Shown here piece after piece: positions 32,801 through 42,290 of a stretch of 64,000 nucleotides of DNA. The translations under genes were made by a program, and so were the position numbers. The notes beneath the pieces are model-generated. The model was not told where the DNA came from and did no database searches. It was given only the letters and a program-made list of their open reading frames with translations. Within the stretch, counting starts at the first letter, position 1. Every line of letters starts with the position of its first letter. Source of the stretch: Trypanosoma brucei (taxonomy: Eukaryota); contig CP000067.1 of assembly GCA_000002445.1 (NCBI GenBank), positions 1,344,001-1,408,000 of the forward strand. Direction: 5' to 3'.

Positions 32801-35126
32801 GGCTTCCCGCGACGTTTTGTTGCCCAACAAAGACGGCAATTTGACATATGTTCAGATCTGTACCCTTACTGCCCGCTTCAATCATCACCTTGAAGCTGTT
32901 AGTGCGACGGACGTTGCTCAGTGCCTTCTTTGCTGCCTCTTCGCGGCACTTGTTCAGTGCGCTGTTGACATCTGCTTCGAATGACTGCAGAAGTGTCATA
33001 CCAGCCTTGCGGTTCAGTGTACGGTTGTTGGCAGCCGCACCAATTTTTTCAACATTCCTCCGTGTTTTCACGAGGACATCATTCATCTGCCGCAAGGTGT
33101 CACTGTCAGCTACGGTGTCTTGAACCCCAACGCTGAAACCGAAGTTAAGTAAGAAAAACGTCGTCACGCGCTGCACGCCGTTGATGAAGCGTGCCACTTC
33201 ATCAGATCCGTGCTCATTAAATATAACGTGAATGAGTGACCCCGGTGCAGCACCAACGATACTCTTAGTGATTGGTCCACATAACAACTGACCACGTCGT
33301 ATCATCACTACGGAATCATTGTGAGGAAAGGGGGGCCGGTCCTGTGGTGTTGCTGGATGGTTAACCTCAGGAAGGATAAGTGAAAATACCTGCTTTCCGG
33401 TCCAGAGGGGTCGGGGTTTCAGAATGGCGGGAATGGGTAACTGCCAAAGATCCAGCCAAAGTGCCACGCTTTGCACAAAGTACTTATCGAGGAATGTGTC
33501 CTTGTCCGTCAACCGGTAACTACCCAGCAGACTGTCTTGCACAATACCCATGCACGGAGCAGACTTATTGGGCGAGACGAAGTTCTTTGGAACCATCATC
33601 ATTTCAATCAGCTCTGCTTTCGTTAAGAGACTCTGCGGCACGTGCAAATTCATTTCGTCACCATCGAAGTCAGCATTGTATGGTGTGGTACAAGAGAGAT
33701 TAAGCCGGAAAGTGTTATAGTTGAGAACCCGAACCCTGTGGCCCATCATACTCATGCGATGCAATGTCGGCTGTCGGTTGAACAAGACGACATCCCCATT
33801 AATCACATGCCTCTCCACAACGTCACCGATGTTTAGCGTCACCTTGGAGCGGTCACGCAAGAGCGCGAGTTTTGTTATGGTGCCATTCGGATGGTGTATG
33901 TAATTCGCCGACGGGTAGACCGTGCGCCGGGCAAACTCCGTCAGTCGCTTCTTATTTACTGTGTTCACTCGCTCGGGGAATGTAAGCGTCATCGCGACAG
34001 AAAAGGGTACACCTACTTCATCCACGTCAATGTTCGGATCGCCTGTGATGACGGTTCGAGCGGAGAAGTCCACCCGCTTCCCCATTAGATTTCCACGCAG
34101 TCTACCGTACTTCCCCTTCAAGCGCTCCGTTAATGACTTTAGCTTCTTTGTGTCATTCACCTTCGTTGGCTTATAGTATGTGGAAGCGTTATTGAAATAT
34201 GTCGCCACATGTTCTTGCAATAACGCCCGGCTCCGGTCAATTGCTGCCTGCACGTCTGACTCCTTATCCCTGCGTAGTTGGTTGTTTCGTTTCACAATGG
34301 ACATGATCTGATGCGTGAGTTCATCATCTGACCTGAGACCGCCGAAGGATATTGCGGGCCGCACCTGCGGGGGTGGAACTGGAAGCACAGTGAGCACAAG
34401 ATCCCGTGGGTGGCAACGTTGAGGGTCGAAGCCCATCAAGCGGGCATCATCATCGGACACGCGGTCAAGTACCTGTCGCACCTTATCAGCGTGCCACTCG
34501 GCGTCTTGTTCCTCATGTACTGCCTTGATAACGAGTGTTGGGTAGATACCATAAAAGCGACTTACGCGGGGTTGAGACGCACCACAACCCCGTGTCGCGC
34601 CTGGCCCCATTCCTGATCCGCCATTGAAAGGGGCACTATCAAAGCCGTCAATCCCCATATCGTCTTCGGTGCTGGTGGAGACGCGGCACTTTGCCTCAGC
34701 CATCTTCGCAACTTGCCGAAGACGGTTGAGGCCTGTCATGTGCTGCAACTTCTTATGTACGTCCTGTTCGCGCGTGTTAAGGAGGAGAGCCCCGCACGTT
34801 TTGCAAACACACTTCAACACCTGCAGTACAAGATCGAAGACGCCAATATTAAAGACAGGCTCTGCGAGCTCGATGTATCCGAAGTGTCCAGGGCACTCTG
34901 GGTGCTTCCTATGGCATGTCTCGCATGCGAATTCGAAGTCAGTGGTACCCATACGCAAATCATTGATGCCTCCCCGGACTGGTCGGCCGCGTTCATACGA
35001 CTTGGCGTGCTCGACAAGGCACACGGCGTAACTTTTGATTTGCCTTTCCTTAAATATCTCGAACTGTACTTCATTCACCTTCTGCAACTCCATCTGGGAA
35101 ACCGGTAGGGCCGCACCACCTGACAT
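29829..35126 (-). CDS. RPB1: DNA-directed RNA polymerase II largest subunit (RPB1), 1765 aa, with a non-canonical heptad-less C-terminal domain.
   Basis: All the conserved RPB1 blocks are present: the zinc-binding N-terminus, NADFDGDEMNLH around the catalytic aspartates, the bridge helix, and the trigger loop region. The S/Y/T/P-rich tail has no YSPTSPS repeats, which is the kinetoplastid hallmark. Confidence 0.95.
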   Translation of the reverse strand: MSGGAALPVSQMELQKVNEVQFEIFKERQIKSYAVCLVEHAKSYERGRPVRGGINDLRMGTTDFEFACETCHRKHPECPGHFGYIELAEPVFNIGVFDLVLQVLKCVCKTCGALLLNTREQDVHKKLQHMTGLNRLRQVAKMAEAKCRVSTSTEDDMGIDGFDSAPFNGGSGMGPGATRGCGASQPRVSRFYGIYPTLVIKAVHEEQDAEWHADKVRQVLDRVSDDDARLMGFDPQRCHPRDLVLTVLPVPPPQVRPAISFGGLRSDDELTHQIMSIVKRNNQLRRDKESDVQAAIDRSRALLQEHVATYFNNASTYYKPTKVNDTKKLKSLTERLKGKYGRLRGNLMGKRVDFSARTVITGDPNIDVDEVGVPFSVAMTLTFPERVNTVNKKRLTEFARRTVYPSANYIHHPNGTITKLALLRDRSKVTLNIGDVVERHVINGDVVLFNRQPTLHRMSMMGHRVRVLNYNTFRLNLSCTTPYNADFDGDEMNLHVPQSLLTKAELIEMMMVPKNFVSPNKSAPCMGIVQDSLLGSYRLTDKDTFLDKYFVQSVALWLDLWQLPIPAILKPRPLWTGKQVFSLILPEVNHPATPQDRPPFPHNDSVVMIRRGQLLCGPITKSIVGAAPGSLIHVIFNEHGSDEVARFINGVQRVTTFFLLNFGFSVGVQDTVADSDTLRQMNDVLVKTRRNVEKIGAAANNRTLNRKAGMTLLQSFEADVNSALNKCREEAAKKALSNVRRTNSFKVMIEAGSKGTDLNICQIAVFVGQQNVAGSRIPFGFRRRTLPHFMLDDYGETSRGMANRGYVEGLKPHEFFFHTMAGREGLIDTAVKTSDTGYLQRKLIKALEDVHAAYDGTVRNANDELIQFMYGEDGLDGARIEGGQLFPLPFRDDKEMEDTYKYEYDVDGTFSGKVGGNYMDPHVRKMLRADPQNVRKLQEEYEQLTADREWSRKMLDLEDRDKLKLNLPVNPGRLIQNARSTMGKRSQVSNLSPITIIDHVRKLQEDLMKLFPSYHRGGDGYIRNTLSRERIESALTLFNVHLRQLLASKRVLKEYKLNDRAFEYLLKEIRTKYHQSLTTPGENIGAIAAQSCGEPATQMTLNTFHNAGISSKNVTLGVPRLLELLNVSRNQKHASMTVSLFPPYDEKRNAQKAQHLIEYCTLESITRRIQFIYDPDPRHTVVEADRDILELEWNVMDESDAELRIQEVVAGSPWVVRLELDVDMVTDKALDMKDVKQAILRVDESYIIETGMANNVRQRTIRMRSRYNEGADSIPKLKREIPALLARVHLRGIPGVRRALLKDTTEFTVDQATGKMSGNKIWAIDTDGTALRRAFIGVVGEDGKNIINAVKTSSNKVPEVCSLLGIEAARSKMLTELREAYLAYGLNINYRHYTILVDTICQHGYLMAVSRSGINRSDTSGPLMRCSFEETVKVLMAAASFGECDPVRGVSANLVLGNQARVGTGLFDLVLNMAALQQAVPQAEAVAPGKDVNVYHSLGSTLQQNIQSSIAYRPRDHDATPFVNNASLFLRQGFGGGSSSAPVTASAPYNPSTTYHGGRLEASAVHRSQAYSTSPALEYGGREASASQMYSVMSSASAFNPVSTRMSSVAHSYSEYSEASSYHLQHSVAPTSMQASLPRTDNSMTMQGIGSVSVPYTPHAMSSAAPPSQVYASTEVGRSHSEDSRSQSALYVPTLSPTHAGYAIRGDEPSTHRSDSNVMWREAGGGREQDEEDDLSTNYMPTAKTPQQVAPPTAAEFGDEEEEEQ

Positions 35127-35710
35127 GTTTGCACTACTTTTTGCCCTCTCCGGTAATCTCTCAGTGCTTCTCTTTATAGGAACGTGAAAGGGTTACCAAC
35201 CTAATTCCTTCCCCCCCTCTTATTGGTTAAGATTGTTTTCCTTCTTTATTGACTCTTTCTTACCTTCCTTCACCGTCACGCTTAGCCTGGGTAATTAATC
35301 GGCGTGACAGGGGGTCTCTTTACTATGATGAATCAAAGTACAGTAAAAGAATTAGGGTAAGATAAACAAACAGTGGACAAAGGGAATGCTTGGACGAGCG
35401 CACCCACCAACACCACCGCGGTGAAGACACAGAGTTGCGTTGGCACCATCAACCACCAAACGGAGGGAAAAGTTATCATTACAAAATCAATAACGTAACA
35501 GTGTGTTAACGGCGCGACGCAAAGTTGCAGTGCCGAAAGCAGGAGGCGGAGACTCAAGTCTCGTTGTTCGCCACCAGTTTGTAGACCAGCTTTCAGCATC
35601 TGATACCCCGATCGACCCATTTCCACAGCCCGCGCCACCGCACCTATACACGAGCGAGGTAGTACATGTGGCTATCATCCCACAACAAGCAGCTTCCACC
35701 ACTTATACAT

Positions 35711-35746
<36 letters not shown>
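35711..35746. repeat. Compound (AC)n(AT)n microsatellite.
   Basis: Read directly from the sequence. Confidence 0.9.
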
Positions 35747-36127
35747 GTCGCACTTGGACGAAACCTTAAACGTATGTTGCGTTATGCAAAAGTCTCCAAT
35801 TTACCTTTAAACACTTCCCTCCTTCACCCACTTTCCATCAGGATCACCGACTTCATTGTTTATTGTTGATTCCCTCCATGCGAGTCCGCGCTGTGCCGCG
35901 AGATGATGGGGGAAAACTGCGCTTACACACACATGGATGAAAAGGGTGGGTAGGAGGAATGTGATGCAGGCAAGTAGGGACACGATGGGTGCTACTTGTG
36001 CGCGGCCTTTCATACTGAAGCTATGCCCCTCTCTCCTCACCTCCGCATGTGCATGTTGGTAGGCCTCCCATATCCCAGAACTCAGGTTAAGGGGCATCCC
36101 GACACCGCATGAGTACCTTCCATAACG

Positions 36128-37168
36128 CTAAAAGAAGTACCTCAACAGCGTGCGTGTGGGCTCAATCCGTATGAAGCTACACATAAAATTTTCATCCACA
36201 CACATAAATGCACCGGCGTTATCAAACTCATCGCAGTAGTTCGGCGCAGAGAAAACTGTCACAAGCTGCCGTGCTGCGAAGAATTCATAACCCGCGTCCA
36301 CCACCTGGTGGGCACGGCAAATGAGGTCGAGGTCAAACTTCTTATTGAAAGACTTCACGACACTCTCACTAAAGGTCCACGACACGCCGCGGTCATTCTC
36401 ACTCCAGTTACTCTCCATATTCGTGCTGGGATCAGACCATAACAAATCGCATATCAGTCCACTATCGGGCACGTCCGTGGGGCGGAGAATGCGACGTATC
36501 TGATCGAGATCAGTGAGTTCAGGACTGAGCCCACCATGCATACAGAGGATACGTCCTTCAACCAATCCAGCCACTGGCATGCAGTTGAAAGTATCGGTGA
36601 ACTGTTTCCACAAGCGGACACTATACCGCCTCTTGCACTCATCGAAGAAACCGTATATACGGTTGATGCTACTACACTCGTGGTTGCCACGTAGGAGGAA
36701 GAAGGTCTCAGGGAAGCTCAACTTATATGCGAGCAAGAGACAGATTGTTTCCAATGACTGGTCGCCACGGTCTACATAGTCCCCGAGAAAAATGTAATTT
36801 GCATCTGGAGGGAAGCCTCCCAAGTCGAAGAGTCGCAGGAGGTCGGTGTACTGTCCGTGCACATCCCCGCAAATTCTCACGGGGGCGGCAATTTCTACTA
36901 GCATCGGCTGCGACATGAACAGCGCCCGGGACTCCATCACTAACCACCGCACCTCAGCCTCCGTTAACCCCTCTGTCGTTGCCCGTCCGGTTCCATTGGT
37001 TTTAGGAGTGCTTTCTTGTGTCTGGGCGCTCTGGAACGCGGCAAGGCGTGAGATGCGAGTGTACGTTCGTTGGTTGCTCTCGCAGTTCTCACCGGCAGGG
37101 CCCCGCGTAGCAGCAGTGTTGTGTACCGGATTGAGCAAGAGTTTCTTTATGATTTCGTCACAGTTCAT
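36128..37168 (-). CDS. Serine/threonine protein phosphatase PP1 catalytic subunit (PPP family) with an N-terminal extension of about 45 aa.
   Basis: PPP motifs are present in the right order: GDVHGQ, GDYVDRG, LRGNHE, HGG, and SAPNYC (as [17 protein letters not shown]). The closest family resemblance is PP1 rather than PP2A. Confidence 0.9.
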   Translation of the reverse strand: MNCDEIIKKLLLNPVHNTAATRGPAGENCESNQRTYTRISRLAAFQSAQTQESTPKTNGTGRATTEGLTEAEVRWLVMESRALFMSQPMLVEIAAPVRICGDVHGQYTDLLRLFDLGGFPPDANYIFLGDYVDRGDQSLETICLLLAYKLSFPETFFLLRGNHECSSINRIYGFFDECKRRYSVRLWKQFTDTFNCMPVAGLVEGRILCMHGGLSPELTDLDQIRRILRPTDVPDSGLICDLLWSDPSTNMESNWSENDRGVSWTFSESVVKSFNKKFDLDLICRAHQVVDAGYEFFAARQLVTVFSAPNYCDEFDNAGAFMCVDENFMCSFIRIEPTRTLLRYFF

Positions 37169-38356
37169 TGAGGTTTCGGTTACTTCACTACTATGACTCG
37201 CTCACGCCGTACCGCCTAGATCGTATGCTAATTCGCAGCCTCTCTTGTCCGAGCTGTTCGCTTAGGTAACGAATGATGCCGACCAGTTGTAAGTGGCGGA
37301 ACAACAGACCCTTTCGCCAAGTGCGAGAACAGGCACGGGGTTCGGGCAATTGAACGGACTGGATGGCACCCCTTTCCCCTACCCCTACAACCTTCTAATC
37401 TTCCCTTCTCTAACTCCACTTCAACCCCTGTCACCTATTATTACACCTTCCTTATTTTTCAGTTCCTTGGGCTTTTTTTTTCAGTTTCTGTTCCTTTCCT
37501 AATGTTCCCCTCTTCGTCGCGGTTCTGCCTCGTGGGACCGCGTCGACTGCAGCACCTGCGGGAATACACCGAAGCACTACGGTGGAAACACTAGAAGCAA
37601 TACCAAAGCACTGATAATGAGGGACAAAGTTTGAGAGAAAGCGGAGCGGCTGAACGAGGAAAAAAAAGTCAGTCAAGCTAAAGCAATCAAAGTAGTTCCA
37701 ACGGCTAAAGGACAGCGCGCCTGCCTACACGTTGGTTAAGATACGACATTTATTTGCGCGTGTGTGTCCGAGAAAAAGTCATGCATAAAGCCCTCACCAT
37801 AGTGAGTACTCAAACATCGGGATACTCCCTTCCCTACACACACGCACATATTTGGATCGTTGCAACGCCCGCACGCAGACGTTTCAAAGTTATATTACAA
37901 TGACGTGCTTCTTTTCCCGTTGCCGTTGATAATGACTGCTTATCGCGCGGAGGATTTCGCCCTCCCCGCGCATTTCAGTCCCGGACACAACGGTATACAG
38001 AACACTGCACGGTATGAAACAAAGCAGAGAGGCGAAAGACAGGTAAAGTAGGGAGTCGATAGGTCTCTCACCTTCGAAGGAAGGAGACGATTGATTATGA
38101 ACTCACTGATAAGAGGGGTGGTAAAAAAGAAGAGAATGGGTGAGGGTGAGGGTGAGAGAAGGGAAGGGATAATACACTGTCCTGGATCTTATGCCCTCAT
38201 GCGATCTGCCTTTGACCAGCGCACAACAGTGCTCTCACATATCCCTTAAACGTATACACATGACGATGGAAGAACTGTAACTGAACATCCAGCAGTCACG
38301 CCATCCGCAATTATAGGCCTTTACGGGGACATGGGCTTGTATCCTTCCACCAACAT

Positions 38357-40183
38357 CTAGCGTCGCTCAATATCCTCGGTTACTTTTAAGCTTTGCCTCA
38401 CTACCGACTGCTCTAACCGGGTGGCTTCTAAATTCCGCTCCATCTCTTTTTGCTCGTGTGTGACCTCCGGCGATGAGGGGGCGCAGTCGCTTGCGTCGGA
38501 GCCGCCGGCTCGGCCGCGGGCACCGTGCGGTGGGCGCCATTCGGTGAGCGTTAGATTTGGCATCGTGTTGGGCTTGATGTTTGACCGGCCGAGAATCATA
38601 CGAATACATTCAACAAACCCTTGTACCACTGCCGGGTACGCTGCTGTCAGCTTCAGCAGTGAGTACACAGAATCTGACTGTCGAATGGCAAGTGACGCGA
38701 CTTCAACTATGCTTCCTGCGTGAGCCCCGACTGCGCGAACGCCTAGAAGCAGTTTCTGCCGGTCGTTTGTTACAATCACCTTACAAAATCCCTGTGCACC
38801 ACCCATTGCGATGGCACGGCTGAGATGGCTGTAGTCGTAACGCGCAACGATGTAACCGAACCCAAGAGCACGGCATTGTTCCTCGTTGAGTCCAACGCAA
38901 GCCACCTCCTCTTCGAGAAAGAGGATGGTGGAAAGGTTTGTGAGAAGAGAAGAATTAACCGGTCGCGCAGGTTTCTCCCCGTAAATGTGCTCAACAGCCC
39001 CTCGGCCTTGTGCCTCACCGAGGTTCACCAAACCCCGGTCAGCGGAAACATCACCAACAGCGTAAATGTGCTTGTAAGGGACACAACGACCAAAAGCATC
39101 CAGTGTAACCTGTCCGCCGGTGACCTTGCACGCAGTGTTCTCGAGGCCAAGGCCAGAGAGGTTTGGTGTGCGACCCAAAGACACCAGTGCTCGTTCTGCC
39201 TCATACGTCTCCACGCTATTTGCATCATTCCTATTATTCGTTGTGTTGTGTCGCACACTGTACACACATCCCCCAACATCGTCACTCTCCTCCCATGACT
39301 CTAGGTCAAACAGGGTACAGGTGTTGAGAATACGTACCCCCCGTCGCGTAAGATGCTCCTCGACAAAGTTTGCGATATCCTCGTCTTCCTTCGGAAGAAT
39401 CCGTTTGGCTTTGTCGATGATTGTCACTTCTGTGCGGCCAAAGTTGGCGTATATGCTGGCGAACTCACATCCCACTGCACCAGCTCCGATAATTACCAAG
39501 CTTGACGGGATGGGTAACTGCATGATGGTGTCCGTCGTCACGACTCGTCGGTGATCCGCTACAACGAATTCGTGTTGCCGTGGTACGGAGCCTGTAGCAA
39601 TAATGAAGTAATCAGCAGTAAGAACGTGATATTCATTTGCACCGGGGCTATGCACATCCAGTTCATGTGGTGAAGAAAACATAGCCCTTCCAAACACTGT
39701 TGTGACCCCGGCAGCCCGCAACAACTCAACAGTCTGAGTTTCCCGCGTTGCACTAACCTCTTGCAAGGTTTGTTGCACTCTTGATAGGTCCAGTTTCTGC
39801 TGAATTTCCCTCACCGTGTCGTCGTCGAAAACCCGCCGAGCTGACGCTCCGGAGAGAGAGGATACATACTTCGACATTTCCCACAACGTTTTTGACTGTA
39901 ATGCACCATCCCACAGATCGCAACCACCAATACGCTTTGCTTCTACAAGACAGACCCGTTTGTTGTAGTCCACAGCTCGTAGGGCTGCCGCAATGCCAGC
40001 GGGGCCGGCACCAATGACACAAACATCGAAACGAGGCAAATTTGAGGGGATATAACTGACGCAAGCTGATCTCAAGGAACATACCCGGCACAGCCGAATC
40101 ATCACTGTGGTAACGGTATTAATTACTAAAACTACGTGTGGGGGCGTTGTCACGTGAAATGTTGCAGAGATCATAGGAAACAC
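38357..40183 (-). CDS. Dihydrolipoamide-dehydrogenase-like pyridine nucleotide-disulfide oxidoreductase homologue that lacks the redox-active CxxxxC and the catalytic His. It is a predicted pseudoenzyme with N- and C-terminal extensions.
   Basis: FAD motif VCVIGAGPAGIAAA, NAD motif VIIGAGAVGCEFA, and a C-terminal dimerisation domain are all present. Where DLD/GR/TR have GGTCLNVGCIPSK this protein has GGCDLWDGALQSK (a single Cys). Where they have HPTxxE it has YPAVVQGFVE (His replaced by Tyr). Confidence 0.75.
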   Translation of the reverse strand: MFPMISATFHVTTPPHVVLVINTVTTVMIRLCRVCSLRSACVSYIPSNLPRFDVCVIGAGPAGIAAALRAVDYNKRVCLVEAKRIGGCDLWDGALQSKTLWEMSKYVSSLSGASARRVFDDDTVREIQQKLDLSRVQQTLQEVSATRETQTVELLRAAGVTTVFGRAMFSSPHELDVHSPGANEYHVLTADYFIIATGSVPRQHEFVVADHRRVVTTDTIMQLPIPSSLVIIGAGAVGCEFASIYANFGRTEVTIIDKAKRILPKEDEDIANFVEEHLTRRGVRILNTCTLFDLESWEESDDVGGCVYSVRHNTTNNRNDANSVETYEAERALVSLGRTPNLSGLGLENTACKVTGGQVTLDAFGRCVPYKHIYAVGDVSADRGLVNLGEAQGRGAVEHIYGEKPARPVNSSLLTNLSTILFLEEEVACVGLNEEQCRALGFGYIVARYDYSHLSRAIAMGGAQGFCKVIVTNDRQKLLLGVRAVGAHAGSIVEVASLAIRQSDSVYSLLKLTAAYPAVVQGFVECIRMILGRSNIKPNTMPNLTLTEWRPPHGARGRAGGSDASDCAPSSPEVTHEQKEMERNLEATRLEQSVVRQSLKVTEDIERR

Positions 40184-40653
40184 AGGAGGGCTGTTTATAC
40201 GGGAAAATTAAGGGGTGCTATTGATCAAACTAACGTTCTCTTCCTTCATACGCGATTACAACATATATTTCCCACCAGCTTTTTTAGCGTAAAAGGTACG
40301 TCCGGTTACTGGACTACACGTCACGCAAATAAACAGGGTCCAAGACGGAGGATCGACTCAAAGGAGAAAAATGATGTGTGATTTCATTGAGCGCTCCCTT
40401 GTTGTCTCATGAAAAGAGTAACTCTGGGAAGGGAGTGTACACGTCATTTTTTAAAAAAGGAATAAGTTGCGTTACGCGGAACGCGATTGGGCCATTCACC
40501 TTTCCAGTCAAGCGGACCCTCCTCGCGACCACTTGATGAACAGCAGCCATCCGCCCACCCGAAGGCAAACGGCAGCCCCACTCCAAGAACAGACATGCGT
40601 GTAAACTCCAGCCCACGTGTTCCCGACCTCTTCATGCCCGTCTGTTTTACCAC

Positions 40654-42290
40654 CTATTGTTTGCCACCGCCTTGAGCATTTCCCAGCGAACAATAGCCCC
40701 GACCTCGCTCACAGTCAGACGGAGTCCATGTATTGCAGACGAGACCGGGGAATGTACCAGGTTTTAACATGGATGTGCCCAATATGACGCGCAAGCACTC
40801 TAGAAATGCTTGTGAAACGGATGGGTACGCTGTGAGCATTTCACTCAGCTCGTATGCCGACTGTTTACGTTGAATCGCCGCGGTAGCGAACTCTACGATA
40901 GTACTTGCGCTCCATCCCACTACGTGAACGCCGAGAAGCGTCTTTTTACTGTCATTACTCGCGAGTATTTTTACAAACCCTTCGGTGTTGCTTGCAGCCA
41001 CGTTGCGACTGCAGAGTTCAAACCCATACTTGGCCACTACATACGATACATTTTTTGCTCTGCACTGCTTTTCGTTTTTTCCCACGGAAGCTACGGCACT
41101 GTCTAGGAATACAATTCTGGAATGGTCGGGGTGAAGCGGCTCCGTTATGTGTGAACTGTATATATGATCTACTGCCAACCGCCCCTTCGCTTCGCCCATA
41201 CTCACTGACCTGTCACGACCTGTTGCGTCTCCCACGGCGTAAATGTGTTTTTTGTTTACACACCTGCCAAATTCGTCTAGCACAAGTACCCCGTCGCGCA
41301 CTTCGCAGTTAGTATTACGTAGGCCCAGTCCGAAGTAATTCGGTCGGCGCCCAGTCACGGTGAGGCCCCGCTCCACTTCGTACGTCTGAAGTTCATGTGT
41401 CTTGCGGTGCATGATGGTATAGCGAACTCCATTCCCCGAGGTGCCGTCATTTGGTGTCTCCTGGCCATCACTCTCACTTTTGGTCAGTGATTGTAAGCTG
41501 TACAGCAAGCAATCTTGGTGCACCTCTACGCCATGCTTTTCCATTCCCTTCTGTATCGCTGCTGCCATATCATCATCTTCCTTCGGCATTATGCGCTCCT
41601 TCTTGTCTAGTAGAAACACCTTGGTCTTACCAAGCCTGCCGTATGTCATCGCGGATTCACTGCCAAGCGCGCCGCCACCCACCACTACCATGCTTTTTGG
41701 CAGCGGTAACGTCATAAGGTCATCGGAAGTCACCACGTTCTTGTGGTCCACGGGCACATGTGGCTGCGTGACAGGGGCAGAACCTGTGGCGATGATGAAA
41801 TAATCAGCCGTCACCGTTCGGTACTCCTTTGCCTCGCGGCTACTGACCTCTAACTCATGAGGGCTAGCAAAAGCGGCGCGACCGTAGAGTAACGCCACGT
41901 TAGAGGCGCTGAGGGCAGATAGTACCTGCTTTTCCCGCGTCTCGCTCACCTCTTGCAGTTTCTGCAGCATGCGTTCATCATCGAGTTCCATAAAATTTGA
42001 AATGGTAGTTCCATACACCCGTTCGGCGGAACTTCCCCTCGCGCGCCCCAAAAAGTTTGACATTTCCCACAACGTTTTCGACTGAAGTGTGCCATTCCAC
42101 AGATCGCAACCGCCAGTACGTTTTGCTTCTACAATTCAGACCCGTTTGTTGTAGTCCACAGCTCGTAGGGCTGCTGCAACGCCAGCGGGACCGGCGCCGA
42201 TGACACATACGTCGAAATGTGTTTTGCCGAGCGACTGCCAGTAGACGAGGTGTGGTCGCTGGTGCGTGAAGGAGAAACGTGTGTGCCGTA
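40654..42290 (-). pseudogene. Tandem paralogue of the DLD-like gene. It is disrupted by an in-frame TGA at 42136-42138 and has no in-frame ATG upstream of the FAD-binding motif. It is either a pseudogene or an N-terminally truncated product starting at Met 42072.
   Basis: In the frame of ORF 40654..42072 the upstream sequence reads ...GKTHFDVCVIGAGPAGVAAALRAVDYNKRV*IVEAKRTGGCDLWNGTLQSKTLWEMSNFLG. This is homologous to the copy-1 N-terminus, where the stop position is occupied by TGT CTT (Cys-Leu). The rest of the protein is about 55-60% identical to copy 1. Confidence 0.55.

Noticed and set aside
35333-36097. Two hydrophobic minus-strand ORFs (101 aa and 96 aa) between RPB1 and PP1
   Set aside because: They are short, have no recognisable motif, and lie in CT-rich UTR-like sequence. 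They cannot be distinguished from chance ORFs without expression or conservation data.
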